From positions 1,504,001 to 1,568,000 of the forward strand of contig CAWELD010000003.1 in the NCBI GenBank assembly GCA_963809895.1: a stretch of DNA of 64,000 bases. The letters run 5' to 3'. Below the pieces are notes generated by a model. That model saw only the letters and a list, made by a program, of their open reading frames with translations, was not told the origin of the DNA and made no database searches. The DNA is from an uncultured Gemmatimonadales bacterium. Its GTDB lineage: Bacteria > Gemmatimonadota > Gemmatimonadetes > Longimicrobiales > Gaopeijiaceae. Shown here one piece after another: positions 22,248 to 32,527 of this stretch. Position numbers and translations under genes: made by a program. The first letter of the stretch is position 1, and each line of letters opens with the position of its first letter.

Positions 22248-23484
22248 GGCTCCTCCCCGCCGTGGCCAGGCGCTCCGTCCGGGCCAGATCCGGCACCTTG
22301 CCACGCTCCACGTGCTCGGGCCGCCAGTCCCGGTCGGTGTCCCGCGCCACGGACATGAGGATGCCCAACGCCATGAGCGTGACCACCAGGTTGGAACGCC
22401 CGTACGACACCAGCGGCAACGCCAGCCCGGTGGTGGGCACCAGACCGAGGCCCACCGCCATGTGCAGGACCGCCTGCAGGGCGATGAGGTTGGTGAAGCC
22501 CACGGCCAGGAGTTGCCCGAAGCGGTCGGGAGCGCGGCGGGCGATGCGGAATCCCAGGAGAATGATCCCCAGGTAGAGGGCCACCAGCAGCACGATGCCG
22601 CGCAGGCCCCACTCCTCACCCACCATGGCGAAGATGAAGTCGTTGTGGGGCTCGGGCAGGAAGCCGAACTTCTGCCGCCCCTGGCCGAAGCCCTGCCCCA
22701 GGAGTCCCCCGGAGCCTACGGAGATGATGGACTGGCGCACCTGGAAGCCGGCGCCCGAGGGATCGGCGGCGGGATCGAGGAAGGCCAACATGCGCTGGGC
22801 GCGGAAGCCCACGTCGAGCTGAAGCTTCAGGAAGGGCAGCCCGAGAATCCCCAGGAAGATGAAGTGCCCGATGCGCGCGCCCCCGGCGAAGACCACCATG
22901 GCGCCCAGCAGACCGATGAGGCAGGCCGTGGACAGGTCCGGCTCGAGCACGATGGGCAGCAGGAGCACGGCCCAGATGAGCAGGAAGGGCCCGAGCCCCC
23001 GGCGCAGGCTCTTGAAGTCGCCCTGCTTGCGCACGGCGAGCATGGCGGTCCAGATGACCATGGACAGCTTGGCCAGCTCCGACGGCTGCAGCGTGACGCC
23101 CGCGATGCGGAGCCAGCGGCGCGCGCCCTTGATCTCCGGCGCGATGGCCTCGGTGCCCGGAAGGATCACCACCACCAGCATGATCACGCTCACCCACAGG
23201 ATGGGCCACGCCATGCGCTGCCACACCCGATAGGGAATGCGGGCGCAGCACACCATGGCCACCAGCCCGACCGCTGCGCCGCCGGCCTGGCGAACCACGA
23301 AGTACCAATCCGGAAGCCCCTGGCGCTGGGCCAGCACCGAGCTGGCGCTGTAGAGGGTGACCAGCCCCGCCGACAGGAGGAGGAGGGTCAGCGTCATGAG
23401 AGCGGCGGGCTCCCAACCCCGGCCCAAGCCCACGTCGGGGAGCGCCACGTCGGCGGGAGCCACGTCCATGGGTCGGCGGGCCAT
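22240..23484 (-). CDS. ftsW: SEDS peptidoglycan polymerase FtsW
   Basis: GARRW, QPSELAK, EPD, LPEPHNDFIF, LPLVSYG; multi-TM. Confidence 0.95.
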   Translation of the reverse strand: MARRPMDVAPADVALPDVGLGRGWEPAALMTLTLLLLSAGLVTLYSASSVLAQRQGLPDWYFVVRQAGGAAVGLVAMVCCARIPYRVWQRMAWPILWVSVIMLVVVILPGTEAIAPEIKGARRWLRIAGVTLQPSELAKLSMVIWTAMLAVRKQGDFKSLRRGLGPFLLIWAVLLLPIVLEPDLSTACLIGLLGAMVVFAGGARIGHFIFLGILGLPFLKLQLDVGFRAQRMLAFLDPAADPSGAGFQVRQSIISVGSGGLLGQGFGQGRQKFGFLPEPHNDFIFAMVGEEWGLRGIVLLVALYLGIILLGFRIARRAPDRFGQLLAVGFTNLIALQAVLHMAVGLGLVPTTGLALPLVSYGRSNLVVTLMALGILMSVARDTDRDWRPEHVERGKVPDLARTERLATAGRSRA

Positions 23485-24839
23485 CAGGACACCCCTCCCC
23501 TGGCCAGCGCGGCGAAGCGCTCGCCCCGTTCCCGGTAGTCGTGGAACTCGTCGAAGGAGGAGCAGGCCGGGGCCAGCAGGACCACGTCACCGGCCCGTGC
23601 CACGCCCCGGGCGAGCGCCACCGCCTCGGCCAGCGCGCCGGCACGGCGCACCTCGACCACGCCCTCCAGGGCGGCGGCGAAGCGGGTGCCGGCGGCCCCG
23701 TAGCAGACGGCCGTGCGCACCCGCCCGGGAAGCGCCCGTGCCAGCGGGGCCAGCTCCTCGCCCTTGTCCTTCCCACCCAGGAGGAGGACCAGAGGCCGCT
23801 CCAGGCTGCGCACGGCGCTCACGGCGGCGGCCACGTTGGTGGCCTTGGAGTCGTTCACCCACAAGACCCCGTCCACCTCGCCCACGGGCTCCAGCCGATG
23901 GGGGAGCGGGCGGGCCGTGGCCAGGCCCCGGGACAGGGCCCCGGCCTCGGCACCCGCCAGGCGGGCGGTGAGGGCGGCGGCCAGGGCGTTGGCCACGTTG
24001 TGCATGCCCAGCAGCGGGAGCTCGGTCCGAGCCAGTAGCGGCTCGGCAGGGCCCCCGGATTCCAGGCGCAGCGTCAGCGTGTCGTCCTGCACGAAGGCCT
24101 CGACGCCCTCGCCGCGTTCGACGCTGAAGGTGTAGCGGCGCCCCGGCGCGCCACCGGCCAACTCGCGGCACTCGGGCTGATCGCCCAGCACCCAGCGGCT
24201 GTCGGCGGTGGCGTTGTCGAACAGGCGCGCCTTGTCGCCCCAGTACGCCTCGACCGACGGGTAGCGGTCCAGGTGATCGGGAGCCAGCGAGGTGAGCACG
24301 CCGATGTCGGGCGCGAAGGTGTCCACGTCGGCCAGCTGGAAGGAGCTGACCTCCAGGACGTACCAGTCCGGCGGCGGCTCCACGAGAGCGAGCGCCGACG
24401 CCGCCGGCGCCAGCCCTCCTCCCACGTTGCCGCCCCAGGCCACGGCCAGCCCCGCCTCTTCCAGGAGGTGGGCCGTGAGCGCCGTGGTGGTGGTCTTCCC
24501 GTTCGTGCCCGTCACGGCGATCAGTGGACCGCGGTAGAACCGAACGGCGAACTCGGGCTCGCTGATCCAGCGCACGCCCCGGTCTCGGAGAGCCGAGAGC
24601 ACCGGAGCGTCCGGGGGGATTCCAGGACTGACCACGACGAGCTCGGCCGCGGCGATGCGGGCCAGGTCGTGTGATCCCAGCTCGACGTCGGCTCCCAGGG
24701 CTCGGAGCTGGGCTCCACGAGCTGCAGTCGGGGCATGAGTGTCGAGATCCGAGACATGAACGTCTCCTCCTTGTTGAAGGGCCAGGCGGGCGGCGGCTTC
24801 GCCGCTGCTGCCGAGCCCCAGGACAGCGATTCGGGTCAC
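23484..24839 (-). CDS. murD: UDP-MurNAc-L-Ala--D-Glu ligase
   Basis: SPG, TGTNGKTTT, EVSSFQL, NDSKATN, PACSSFDEF; GTG start at 24839. Confidence 0.95.
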   Translation of the reverse strand: MTRIAVLGLGSSGEAAARLALQQGGDVHVSDLDTHAPTAARGAQLRALGADVELGSHDLARIAAAELVVVSPGIPPDAPVLSALRDRGVRWISEPEFAVRFYRGPLIAVTGTNGKTTTTALTAHLLEEAGLAVAWGGNVGGGLAPAASALALVEPPPDWYVLEVSSFQLADVDTFAPDIGVLTSLAPDHLDRYPSVEAYWGDKARLFDNATADSRWVLGDQPECRELAGGAPGRRYTFSVERGEGVEAFVQDDTLTLRLESGGPAEPLLARTELPLLGMHNVANALAAALTARLAGAEAGALSRGLATARPLPHRLEPVGEVDGVLWVNDSKATNVAAAVSAVRSLERPLVLLLGGKDKGEELAPLARALPGRVRTAVCYGAAGTRFAAALEGVVEVRRAGALAEAVALARGVARAGDVVLLAPACSSFDEFHDYRERGERFAALARGGVS

Positions 24840-25942
24840 CGGATCTTCAGCGTCGAAACGGCGACCATTGCGAACAGGATTCCCAGGATCCAGAAGCGGA
24901 TGACGACCTTGGTCTCCGGCCACCCGAGCTTCTCGAAGTGGTGGTGGAGCGGCGCCATCCGGAACACGCGGCGGCCCTCGCCGTAGCGGCGGGCCGTGTA
25001 GCGGAACCAACCGACCTGCACCATCACCGACAGGCCTTCCAGAACGAAGACGCCGCCCACGATGAGGAGCAGGAACTCGCTCTTGAGCAGGATGGCCATG
25101 ACGGCCAGCGCCCCCCCGATGGCCAGGGAGCCCGTGTCTCCCATGAAGACCTCGGCGGGGTGCGCGTTGAACCAGAGAAAGCCGATGGCGGCGCCGGTCA
25201 GCGCCAGGCCGAACACCACCATCTCGCCGGAGCCGGGCAGGTAGAACAGGCCCAGGTACGACGACGTGTCGATGCGGCCCGTGACGTAGGCCAGCAGCGC
25301 GAAGGTGGCGGCGGCGATGGCGCCCAGACCCCCGGCGAGCCCGTCGAGCCCGTCGGTGAGGTTCACCGCGTTGGAGGTGAATCCCACCAGGAGCGTGACG
25401 AAGACGACGAAGGCCGACGGCCAGAAGGCGGCCACGTAGTCCGAGAAGAAGGGCACCTGCGTCCAGCTGCCCGGATAGGGCGAGATGGGATGCAGGATCA
25501 GGAACAGCCCCAGGGCCAGCCCGAAGGTGAGCTGGCCGGCGAGCTTGGCCCGTGCCACCAGCCCCTTGGAGGACTTGCGCACCACCTTGAGGTAGTCGTC
25601 CAGGAACCCGATGGCGCCCATCCACACCAATGCCAGCAGACAGAGCGCGGTGTACCAGTTGTCGAGCTGCGCCCACAGCAGGGTGGAGATGACGGCCGAC
25701 GACACGATCAGCGTGCCGCCCATGGTGGGCGTGCCGGCCTTGCCCAGATGCGACTTCGGACCCTCCTCCCGCACCACCTGTCCCACCTTGAGACGCGTGA
25801 GCCAGCGGATGGTGGCGGGCCCCAGGAAGAATGCGATCAACAGTGCCGTCACCACCGCGCCCGCCGCCCGGAAGGTCAGGTAGCGGAAGAGGTTGAAGAC
25901 GATGTGCACGTCGGCCAGAGGCGGAAGGAGGTGGTAGAGCAT
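24836..25942 (-). CDS. mraY: Phospho-N-acetylmuramoyl-pentapeptide transferase
   Basis: KAGTPTMGG, DDYLK, NAVNLTDGLDGL, FMGDTGSL, APLHHHFE. Confidence 0.97.
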   Translation of the reverse strand: MLYHLLPPLADVHIVFNLFRYLTFRAAGAVVTALLIAFFLGPATIRWLTRLKVGQVVREEGPKSHLGKAGTPTMGGTLIVSSAVISTLLWAQLDNWYTALCLLALVWMGAIGFLDDYLKVVRKSSKGLVARAKLAGQLTFGLALGLFLILHPISPYPGSWTQVPFFSDYVAAFWPSAFVVFVTLLVGFTSNAVNLTDGLDGLAGGLGAIAAATFALLAYVTGRIDTSSYLGLFYLPGSGEMVVFGLALTGAAIGFLWFNAHPAEVFMGDTGSLAIGGALAVMAILLKSEFLLLIVGGVFVLEGLSVMVQVGWFRYTARRYGEGRRVFRMAPLHHHFEKLGWPETKVVIRFWILGILFAMVAVSTLKIR

Positions 25943-27348
25943 CAGTCCTCCTCCCCTTCCCCGAAGTCGGCCTCGAAGCGGGGCACCAGGCGCTCCATCT
26001 TCACGCCGCGCGAGGCCTTGAGGAGCACGACCTCGCTTCCGGTGAGGCGGTCCCGGAGCTCCGCGTACGCCAGCTCCGGATCTTCCTGCGCCAGCAGGCG
26101 CTCGCCACCCTCGCCACCCTCGCCGCGCTGGGCCGCCGCCCGCGCGAAGGCGCCGGTGGCCACCACCAGATCCAGGTCCCGGCCCAGGGCGTCGCCGAGG
26201 ACGTCACGGTGGAGCGCTTCGGAGCGGGAGCCCAGCTCCAGCATGGTGCCCAGGACCGCCACCCGTCCGGAGCCGATGGAGCGGGCTTCCAGCAGGTCCA
26301 GGGCGGCACGCACGCTCTGGGGATTGGCGTTGTAGCAATCCACCACCAGCGTGAGATCGCCGATGCGGCGGATCTCGCCACGGAGGGCACCGGGCTTCAC
26401 CGAGGCCAATCCCTCGGCGGCCCTGGCCGGACGGACGCCCAGCTCGTCGGCGAGGGCGAGGGCGAGGAGGGCGTTCTGCACGGCGTGCCGGCCCGCCACC
26501 GCCAGCCGCACCCGGACGCCCTTCCAGGTGAAGCTGTGGTAGCCCCAGGCGTCCACTTCCACCGCCTCGGGGCGCAGGTCCGGATCGGCGCCCTCGGTCC
26601 AGCCCGCCACCCGCACGCCAGGCACGATGTCACGGGCCCGCTCGGCCAGGACCGGCGGCACGTCGCCCACCACGGCCCGGCCACCCTCGGCCAGCCCTCG
26701 CAGGAGGTCGAGCTTCTCCTCCAGCACGCCCTCCAGCGAGCCCAGCTTCTCCAGGTGGCTCTCGGACACCGTGGTGACGACCCCGAGGTTCGGCCGCGCG
26801 ATCGCCGCCAGGGTGGCGATCTCGCCGGGCTCGTTGGTGCCCATCTCCAGCACCACCACCTGCACGTCGTCGGGGGTGCCCAGGAGGGTCAGGGGGAGTC
26901 CGATGCGGTTGTTCAGGTTCCCGGGCGTGGCGTGCACGCGCAGGCTACCCGACAGCGCGGCCCGCGCCATCTCCTTGGTGGAGGTCTTGCCCGAGGATCC
27001 GGTGAGCCCGACCACCGTGGCGCCCAGCGCCGACCTGCGGTGCGCCGCCAGACGTCCCAGCGCATCCAGGGTGTCCTCCACGGGATAGAGCGTGGCGCGG
27101 GCGGCACCCGCCACGGGGTGCGAGACCACCACGCCGGTGGCACCGGCTCCCACGGCGTCACCCACGAACTCGTGGCCGTCGAAGCGCTCGCCCACCAGCG
27201 CCACGTACAGCTCGCCGGGGTGCACGCTACGCGAGTCGGTGGACACGCCCTGGTAGGTCCGCTCGTCGTCGGCCTCGTCGGTCCTGAGGCCCAGGGCGAC
27301 GCGGACCTGACGGTCGGTCCAGATGAAGGGAGCGGCGGCCACGGTCAC
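25942..27348 (-). CDS. murF: UDP-MurNAc-tripeptide--D-Ala-D-Ala ligase
   Basis: TGSSGKTSTK, NNRIGLP, EMG, DCYNANP, KASRG; GTG start at 27348. Confidence 0.95.
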   Translation of the reverse strand: MTVAAAPFIWTDRQVRVALGLRTDEADDERTYQGVSTDSRSVHPGELYVALVGERFDGHEFVGDAVGAGATGVVVSHPVAGAARATLYPVEDTLDALGRLAAHRRSALGATVVGLTGSSGKTSTKEMARAALSGSLRVHATPGNLNNRIGLPLTLLGTPDDVQVVVLEMGTNEPGEIATLAAIARPNLGVVTTVSESHLEKLGSLEGVLEEKLDLLRGLAEGGRAVVGDVPPVLAERARDIVPGVRVAGWTEGADPDLRPEAVEVDAWGYHSFTWKGVRVRLAVAGRHAVQNALLALALADELGVRPARAAEGLASVKPGALRGEIRRIGDLTLVVDCYNANPQSVRAALDLLEARSIGSGRVAVLGTMLELGSRSEALHRDVLGDALGRDLDLVVATGAFARAAAQRGEGGEGGERLLAQEDPELAYAELRDRLTGSEVVLLKASRGVKMERLVPRFEADFGEGEED

Positions 27349-28820
27349 GCGGCCCCCCGGGCCGCCAGGGCGTCCCGCACCACGACCCGCTCGTCCAGCG
27401 GGCGCTTCTCGGTGCCCACGATCTGGTAGCGCTCGTGTCCCTTGCCGGCCAGCACCAGCAGGTCGCCCGGCCCGGCCTCCGCCACGGCCTCGTGGATGGC
27501 CCGCACGCGGTCCACCTGCCGGCGATAGGCGACCCCGGCCAGGCCCGGCTCCAGATCGTCGAGGATGGCCTCGGGATCCTCGGTCCGGGGATTGTCGGAG
27601 GTCAGCCACACCCGGTCCGCCCAGCGCGCCACGGCGGCGGCCATGGGACGCCGCTTGGCCGCGTCCCGGTCTCCCCCGGCGCCGAACAGGACCACCAGCC
27701 GCTTCTCGGCCAGCGGGCGCAGGGTGGAGAGGACGTTCTCCAGCGCGTCGGGGGTGTGGGCGAAGTCGATGATGACGGTGAAGGGCTCCCGCACCACGAC
27801 CTCGAGGCGCCCCGGGATCTGCGGGGCCGCGTCCAGATGGGTGGCGATCACCGGGAGCTCCATGCCCAGAACCAGCGCCACCGCCGCGGCGGCCAGGGCG
27901 TTCTCCACGTTGAAGCGCCCCACCAGCGGCAGCCGCACCGGCGCCCGCTCGCCCCGGAAGGAGAGCTCGAAGCGGCAGCCTCCGGCATCGGTGCGCACGT
28001 CGTGGGCTTCGAGGTCCGCGTCCCCGTCCAGGGCGAAGGTCGTGACGCGTGCGGCGGACACACCCTTCCAGGCCTCTTCGGCGCCGTTGATCACCGCGGT
28101 GCCCGCCTCGTCCAGCAGCCCGGCCAGGCGCAGCTTGGCGGACCGGTAGGCGGCCAGGTCGCCGTGGTAGTCCAGGTGGTCCTGGGTGAGGTTGGTGAAC
28201 ACCGCCACGCCGAAGCGCACCCCGTCGAGCCGGTGCTGCTCCAGCGCGTGGGAGGACGCTTCCAGCGCCACCACCGCGACGCCCTCGTCGGCCAGCTCCC
28301 GGAGCCAGCGCGCCACCGCCACCGGCCCGGGCGTGGTGAGCCCTTCGGTGCCGGGGCGGACGGAGCCGTCGGGGTTCACCACCCCCAGCGTGCCCAGCGC
28401 CGCCGCCGGAGCCGCCACGCCCATCAGATGGCGCACGAGGAGCGTGGTGGTGGTCTTGCCGTTGGTGCCGGTCACGCCCACCACCGTCAGCTCACGCCAG
28501 GGGGAGCCCATGACGGCGTCGGCGGCCAACGCCGCGGCCCGGCGGCCGTCGCGCACCACCAGCTGGGGCACGTCGATGCCCGCCACCGGGTGCTCCACGA
28601 CCGCCGCTACCGCCCCGGCGGCCACGGCGTCGCCCAGGTAGTCGTGCCCGTCGGCGTCGACCCCCCGCCAGGCGAGGAAGAGATCGCCCGCCTCCACCTG
28701 CCGCGAGTCCTGGGCGACCCCCAGAACGGGCGCGTCCTCCCGGCCCGAACCTCCGGTGAGGAGGTCCGCGGCCCGGAGGACCGACGCCACCTGGGCGAGA
28801 GAGACGGGCGCTCGGGTCAC
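27345..28820 (-). CDS. murE: UDP-MurNAc-dipeptide--meso-DAP ligase
   Basis: TGTNGKTT, EASSH, DHLDYH, DFAHTPD, DNPR (meso-DAP specificity motif), AGKGHE; GTG start at 28820. Confidence 0.95.
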   Translation of the reverse strand: MTRAPVSLAQVASVLRAADLLTGGSGREDAPVLGVAQDSRQVEAGDLFLAWRGVDADGHDYLGDAVAAGAVAAVVEHPVAGIDVPQLVVRDGRRAAALAADAVMGSPWRELTVVGVTGTNGKTTTTLLVRHLMGVAAPAAALGTLGVVNPDGSVRPGTEGLTTPGPVAVARWLRELADEGVAVVALEASSHALEQHRLDGVRFGVAVFTNLTQDHLDYHGDLAAYRSAKLRLAGLLDEAGTAVINGAEEAWKGVSAARVTTFALDGDADLEAHDVRTDAGGCRFELSFRGERAPVRLPLVGRFNVENALAAAAVALVLGMELPVIATHLDAAPQIPGRLEVVVREPFTVIIDFAHTPDALENVLSTLRPLAEKRLVVLFGAGGDRDAAKRRPMAAAVARWADRVWLTSDNPRTEDPEAILDDLEPGLAGVAYRRQVDRVRAIHEAVAEAGPGDLLVLAGKGHERYQIVGTEKRPLDERVVVRDALAARGAA

Positions 28821-30805
28821 CGCTCGCTCCGTCCGGTTCGCAGGCGGATGGTGTCGCCGGCGGCCAACCGGGACCCGGCCCGCGGGGCGGTCCCGATGAT
28901 GGGCCCGGGATCGTCCCACACGACGCGGAGGCCCAGCGCGTGCAGTCTGCGGACCGCCACCCGCGGAGGCAGCCCGCGCACGTCGGGCACCGGCACGGGT
29001 TGGCCCGAGGCCACCTCGACCGGTGCGTCGTCACCCGACGCGGGCTCGGCGGCGGCCTCCCAACGCGCGTCCAGCGACGCGAAGCGGACCGGGGGCGCGT
29101 CGGCGGCGGAGGCCTGGCTTTGGGGACGGCGCACCGAACGCAGCAGCGCACTCCGGTTGAGCGGGGTCTGGCGGGCGGCCAGCGCCGCCTCCATGGTGGC
29201 CCGCGTCACCGGCGCCGCGGTGCTGCCGCCGTAGTAGCTGCCCTTGGGGCTGTCCAGCTTGACGAAGATGACGAGCTGCGGATTGTCGGCCGGAAAGTAG
29301 CCCACGAACGAGGCGAAGTAGCGACCGCGAGCGTATCCGCCCCCGTTTGGGGCGTAGGCCCGGGCCGTGCCGCTCTTGCCCGCCACGTTGAAGGTCTCGA
29401 GCTGCGCCCGGGTCCCGGTGCCGTCCTCCACCACCTCTTGCAGCACGCGACCGATGCGCCGACTGATGTCCTCCTCCACGACCTGGCGCAGCACCCGCGG
29501 CTGGATGCGGCGGAGCGGCGCTCCCCGGGGATCCACCTCGCGGACCAGGTGAGCCTCCATGAGCCGGCCGCCGTTGGCCAGCGCCCCGTAGGCCAGCGCC
29601 ATCTGCAGCGGGGTCACGCCGATCTCGTAGCCCACGGCCAGCGACTGGGGCGACTGCAGGGACCAGTCGCTGGGATTGCGCAACGTGCCCCCCACCTCGC
29701 CGGGGAGCGGAAGCCCGGTCTGCATGCCGAAGCCGAAGTCCCGCAGGTTCTCGTACTGCTCCCGCGGCGTGAGGGGCTCGGCGGCCTTGGCCACGCCGAC
29801 GTTGGACGACACCCGGAGCGCATCGGCGAGGGTCATGGTGCCCGAGTGGTGCACGTCGTGGAGCACGCGGCCGTGGATGGACCACGTTCCGTTGCCCACG
29901 TCGATGCTGTCGCCCAGGCTGCCCCTCTGGTTCTTGAGAATGGCGGCCACGGTGAAGGGCTTGAGCGTGGAGCCCGGCTCGTAGGGCGTGTTGATGGCCG
30001 ACAGCCCGTCGCTGCGGCCGTCCTGCATGGAGACCAGCGCCAGGATCTCGCCGGTGCGCGGGTCGGTGACCACCAGATCGCCCCCGCGGGCTTCGTGCTC
30101 CTCGATGGCTTCGGCCAGCGCCTGGTGGGCGATCTCCTGCAGCGCCAGGTCGATGGTGAGGGTGACGTCTCCACCGGCCACCGGGGGCTCCATCTGGAAC
30201 ACCTGTCCCGGGATGGCCTGACCGCGGGAATCCTTGGCCACCACCTCACGCCCCGGTTGGCCGGCCAGCACCGAGTCGAAGGCCTCTTCGATCCCGCCCC
30301 GGCCCGTCCCGTCCAGCACGCGCCCCAGGACGCCCATGGCCAGGTCGCCGTGGGGGTGGTCACGGCGGAGCTCCCGGTCCAGGTAGATCCCCTGCACGTC
30401 CGAGAGGACCTCGCGCACCTCGGGCTCGTAGACCCCGCTCACCACGGCCCAGTTGCGCTTTGGGTCGGTGACCCGGGCCGCCGTCGACGCCGAGATGTCC
30501 AGCGCCTCGCGCAGCAGCCGACGGGCCTCGGCGCGGTCCTTCAGCTCCCGGGGGGCGACGCTCACCTTGACGGTCTCGCGCGAATAGACGAGCGGCACGC
30601 CGTTGCGGTCGCGGATGGTGCCCCGGGGCGCCGGAATGACGGTGGTCTTCCGGTGCTGCTCCCGGGCCATGGCCTCCCACTCGGCGCCTTCCAGGACCTC
30701 GAGTTGCGCGGATCGGGCCAGCACCACGGCGCCGGCCAACAACCAACCACCCAGAAGCATCTTGCGCCTGAGGGCCAGGCGCCGCTCGGTCTTCGACGGG
30801 GACAT
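28817..30805 (-). CDS. ftsI: Class B penicillin-binding protein FtsI/PBP3 with C-terminal PASTA domain
   Basis: EPGSTLK (SxxK), SSN, KSGTA; C-terminal VPDVRGL PASTA-like segment; ATG 30805. Confidence 0.93.
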   Translation of the reverse strand: MSPSKTERRLALRRKMLLGGWLLAGAVVLARSAQLEVLEGAEWEAMAREQHRKTTVIPAPRGTIRDRNGVPLVYSRETVKVSVAPRELKDRAEARRLLREALDISASTAARVTDPKRNWAVVSGVYEPEVREVLSDVQGIYLDRELRRDHPHGDLAMGVLGRVLDGTGRGGIEEAFDSVLAGQPGREVVAKDSRGQAIPGQVFQMEPPVAGGDVTLTIDLALQEIAHQALAEAIEEHEARGGDLVVTDPRTGEILALVSMQDGRSDGLSAINTPYEPGSTLKPFTVAAILKNQRGSLGDSIDVGNGTWSIHGRVLHDVHHSGTMTLADALRVSSNVGVAKAAEPLTPREQYENLRDFGFGMQTGLPLPGEVGGTLRNPSDWSLQSPQSLAVGYEIGVTPLQMALAYGALANGGRLMEAHLVREVDPRGAPLRRIQPRVLRQVVEEDISRRIGRVLQEVVEDGTGTRAQLETFNVAGKSGTARAYAPNGGGYARGRYFASFVGYFPADNPQLVIFVKLDSPKGSYYGGSTAAPVTRATMEAALAARQTPLNRSALLRSVRRPQSQASAADAPPVRFASLDARWEAAAEPASGDDAPVEVASGQPVPVPDVRGLPPRVAVRRLHALGLRVVWDDPGPIIGTAPRAGSRLAAGDTIRLRTGRSER

Positions 30806-31089
30806 CAGTGGGACTCTCCGGACAGTAGAACCTGTTCCGATGCGACGGGGTTGTGCAGGCCGAGGCGTTCTGCGGCTTCCGGCACCACCCGTCCGCGGCT
30901 CTCCAGGTACTGGATGCGCCGCACGAGGGCAGCTTGTTCGGCCCGGGCCAGGGAGATCTCGTTGCGGATACGCTCGAGCTCGGTGAGCTCCTGCAGCGCG
31001 CGGCCCTGACGCCACGCCACGAAGCTCAGCGACGCGAGGAGCGCCGCCACCGACAGCGCCGCGCGCAGCGGCGTGGACAGCCGGCTCAC
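30805..31089 (-). CDS. ftsL: Cell division protein FtsL-like
   Basis: 94 aa, one TM then coiled coil, AAERLGL; lies between rsmH and ftsI. Confidence 0.75.
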   Translation of the reverse strand: MSRLSTPLRAALSVAALLASLSFVAWRQGRALQELTELERIRNEISLARAEQAALVRRIQYLESRGRVVPEAAERLGLHNPVASEQVLLSGESH

Positions 31090-32015
31090 GCGGCCTTTCT
31101 CCAAGCGCGCAGCAGGGCGCTGCGGGCGCGGGGATTGCGCTCCACCTCGGCGTCGTCGGCCCGCAACGGCCGGCGTGTGAGCGTCACCCCCAGCGCGCGC
31201 CCGCGGCACACGCACACCGGCAGCTCCGGCGGACACACGCAGTCGCGGCTCCACTCGCGGAACGAGTGCTTGACCAGGCGATCTTCCAGGGAGTGATAGG
31301 CGATCACCGCCATCACGGCCCCGGCGGTGAGCGCGTCGCGGAGCGCCGGCAGTGCCCGCTCCAGCGCCTCGAGCTCGCCGTTCACGGCGATGCGCAGCGC
31401 CTGGAAGATGCGCGCCTTGTCCTGCATGGTGACGGGCTTCTTGAGGACCCGGCTGACCGCGGCCATCAGGTCGTCGGAGGTGGCGAAGGGCGCGTCCTGG
31501 CGCCGGTGCACGACCTCCCGGGCCAGTGCCCGCCAACGCCGCTCCTCGCCGTAGTCGCGGAAGATCCCCGCCAACTCGTCTTCGGAGAGCCCGTTCAGGA
31601 GGTCGGCGGCGGTGGGACCCGCGGGCGTCATGCGCATGTCCAGCGGCGCGCCCTGGCGGAAGGTGAACCCCCGGCGGTCCTCGTCCACCTGATGCGAGCT
31701 GATGCCCAGGTCCAGGAGCGCGCCGTCCAGGCCCCGGTCCCGGACCTCGAGGTCGTCGGTGACCTCGTCGAAGCGCGCCTGCAGGAAGCGCACGCGCTGC
31801 TTCCACGGGGCCAGGACGCGCCGAGCCTCGTCGAGGGCCTCCGGGTCGCGATCCACCGCCAGGAGGCGGCAGCCGCCACAGTGCTCCAGGAGGAGACGAG
31901 CATGGCCGCCCCCGCCCACGGTGCCGTCGAGCCAAAGACCTTCGCCCCGGGGATCCAGCAGCTCCACGACGCGACGCGCCATGACCGGCTCGTGGTACGA
32001 GTCGGCGCCCGTCAT
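31086..32015 (-). CDS. rsmH: 16S rRNA m4C1402 methyltransferase
   Basis: HEPVM, DGTVGGGGH, DLGISS, LDMRM, FQALRIAVN, HSLEDR, NPRARSA. Confidence 0.97.
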   Translation of the reverse strand: MTGADSYHEPVMARRVVELLDPRGEGLWLDGTVGGGGHARLLLEHCGGCRLLAVDRDPEALDEARRVLAPWKQRVRFLQARFDEVTDDLEVRDRGLDGALLDLGISSHQVDEDRRGFTFRQGAPLDMRMTPAGPTAADLLNGLSEDELAGIFRDYGEERRWRALAREVVHRRQDAPFATSDDLMAAVSRVLKKPVTMQDKARIFQALRIAVNGELEALERALPALRDALTAGAVMAVIAYHSLEDRLVKHSFREWSRDCVCPPELPVCVCRGRALGVTLTRRPLRADDAEVERNPRARSALLRAWRKAA

Positions 32016-32446
32016 CCGAAGATCTTGTGCGCGAATTTCGAGACACCCTCGCCCGCCGGCACCTGCACCGTGCTCCGGTACACCTGGGGATTCCAGAGCT
32101 CCACCCGGTCCAGGTTCCCGTTCAGCATCACCACGCCCTCCAGCTCCGCCGCCTCCTTGAGCCAGGCGGGGATCAGGATGCGGCCCTGCTTGTCCGGCGA
32201 CACCTCCACCGCGTTGGAGACGATCTCGCGCACGTGGTGCCAGGCAGCCGGCTCCGACTTCCTGAAGTCCATCAGCCGCTGCTGTACCTCTTGCCAGACC
32301 TGGGCCGGGAAGAGGGTCAGGTAGGGCGGCTCCCACTGCAGGAGGACGAAGCGGTCTCCGTCGGCCTCACGACGGAAGGCCGACGGGAGCGAGACGCGCC
32401 CCTTCTCGTCCAGCTGGTGCTCGTAGCGACCGAGGAATCCGTTCAC
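32012..32446 (-). CDS. mraZ: Division/cell-wall cluster transcriptional repressor MraZ
   Basis: LDEKGRVSLP and DKQGRILIP duplicated SpoVT/AbrB motifs. Confidence 0.95.
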   Translation of the reverse strand: MNGFLGRYEHQLDEKGRVSLPSAFRREADGDRFVLLQWEPPYLTLFPAQVWQEVQQRLMDFRKSEPAAWHHVREIVSNAVEVSPDKQGRILIPAWLKEAAELEGVVMLNGNLDRVELWNPQVYRSTVQVPAGEGVSKFAHKIFG

Positions 32447-32450
32447 CGGT

Positions 32451-32494
32451 GTGGCACGGAGTGGGATGGAGTGGGATTAAGTGGAGGGTGATGG
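32451..32494. promoter_or_regulatory. Putative MraZ operator: GTGG boxes at exact 10-bp period
   Basis: GTGGC/GTGGG/GTGGG/GTGGA/ATGG start at 32451, 32461, 32471, 32481, 32491 on the + strand, directly upstream of mraZ. Confidence 0.8.
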
Positions 32495-32498
32495 TGCC

Positions 32499-32527
32499 AA
32501 GATATGGCTCGTTCCCATGGGGCGCAA
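32499..32527 (-). promoter_or_regulatory. Putative sigma70 promoter of the dcw operon
   Basis: TTGCGC (32527-32522) - 17 bp - TATCTT (32504-32499) on the minus strand. Confidence 0.6.
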
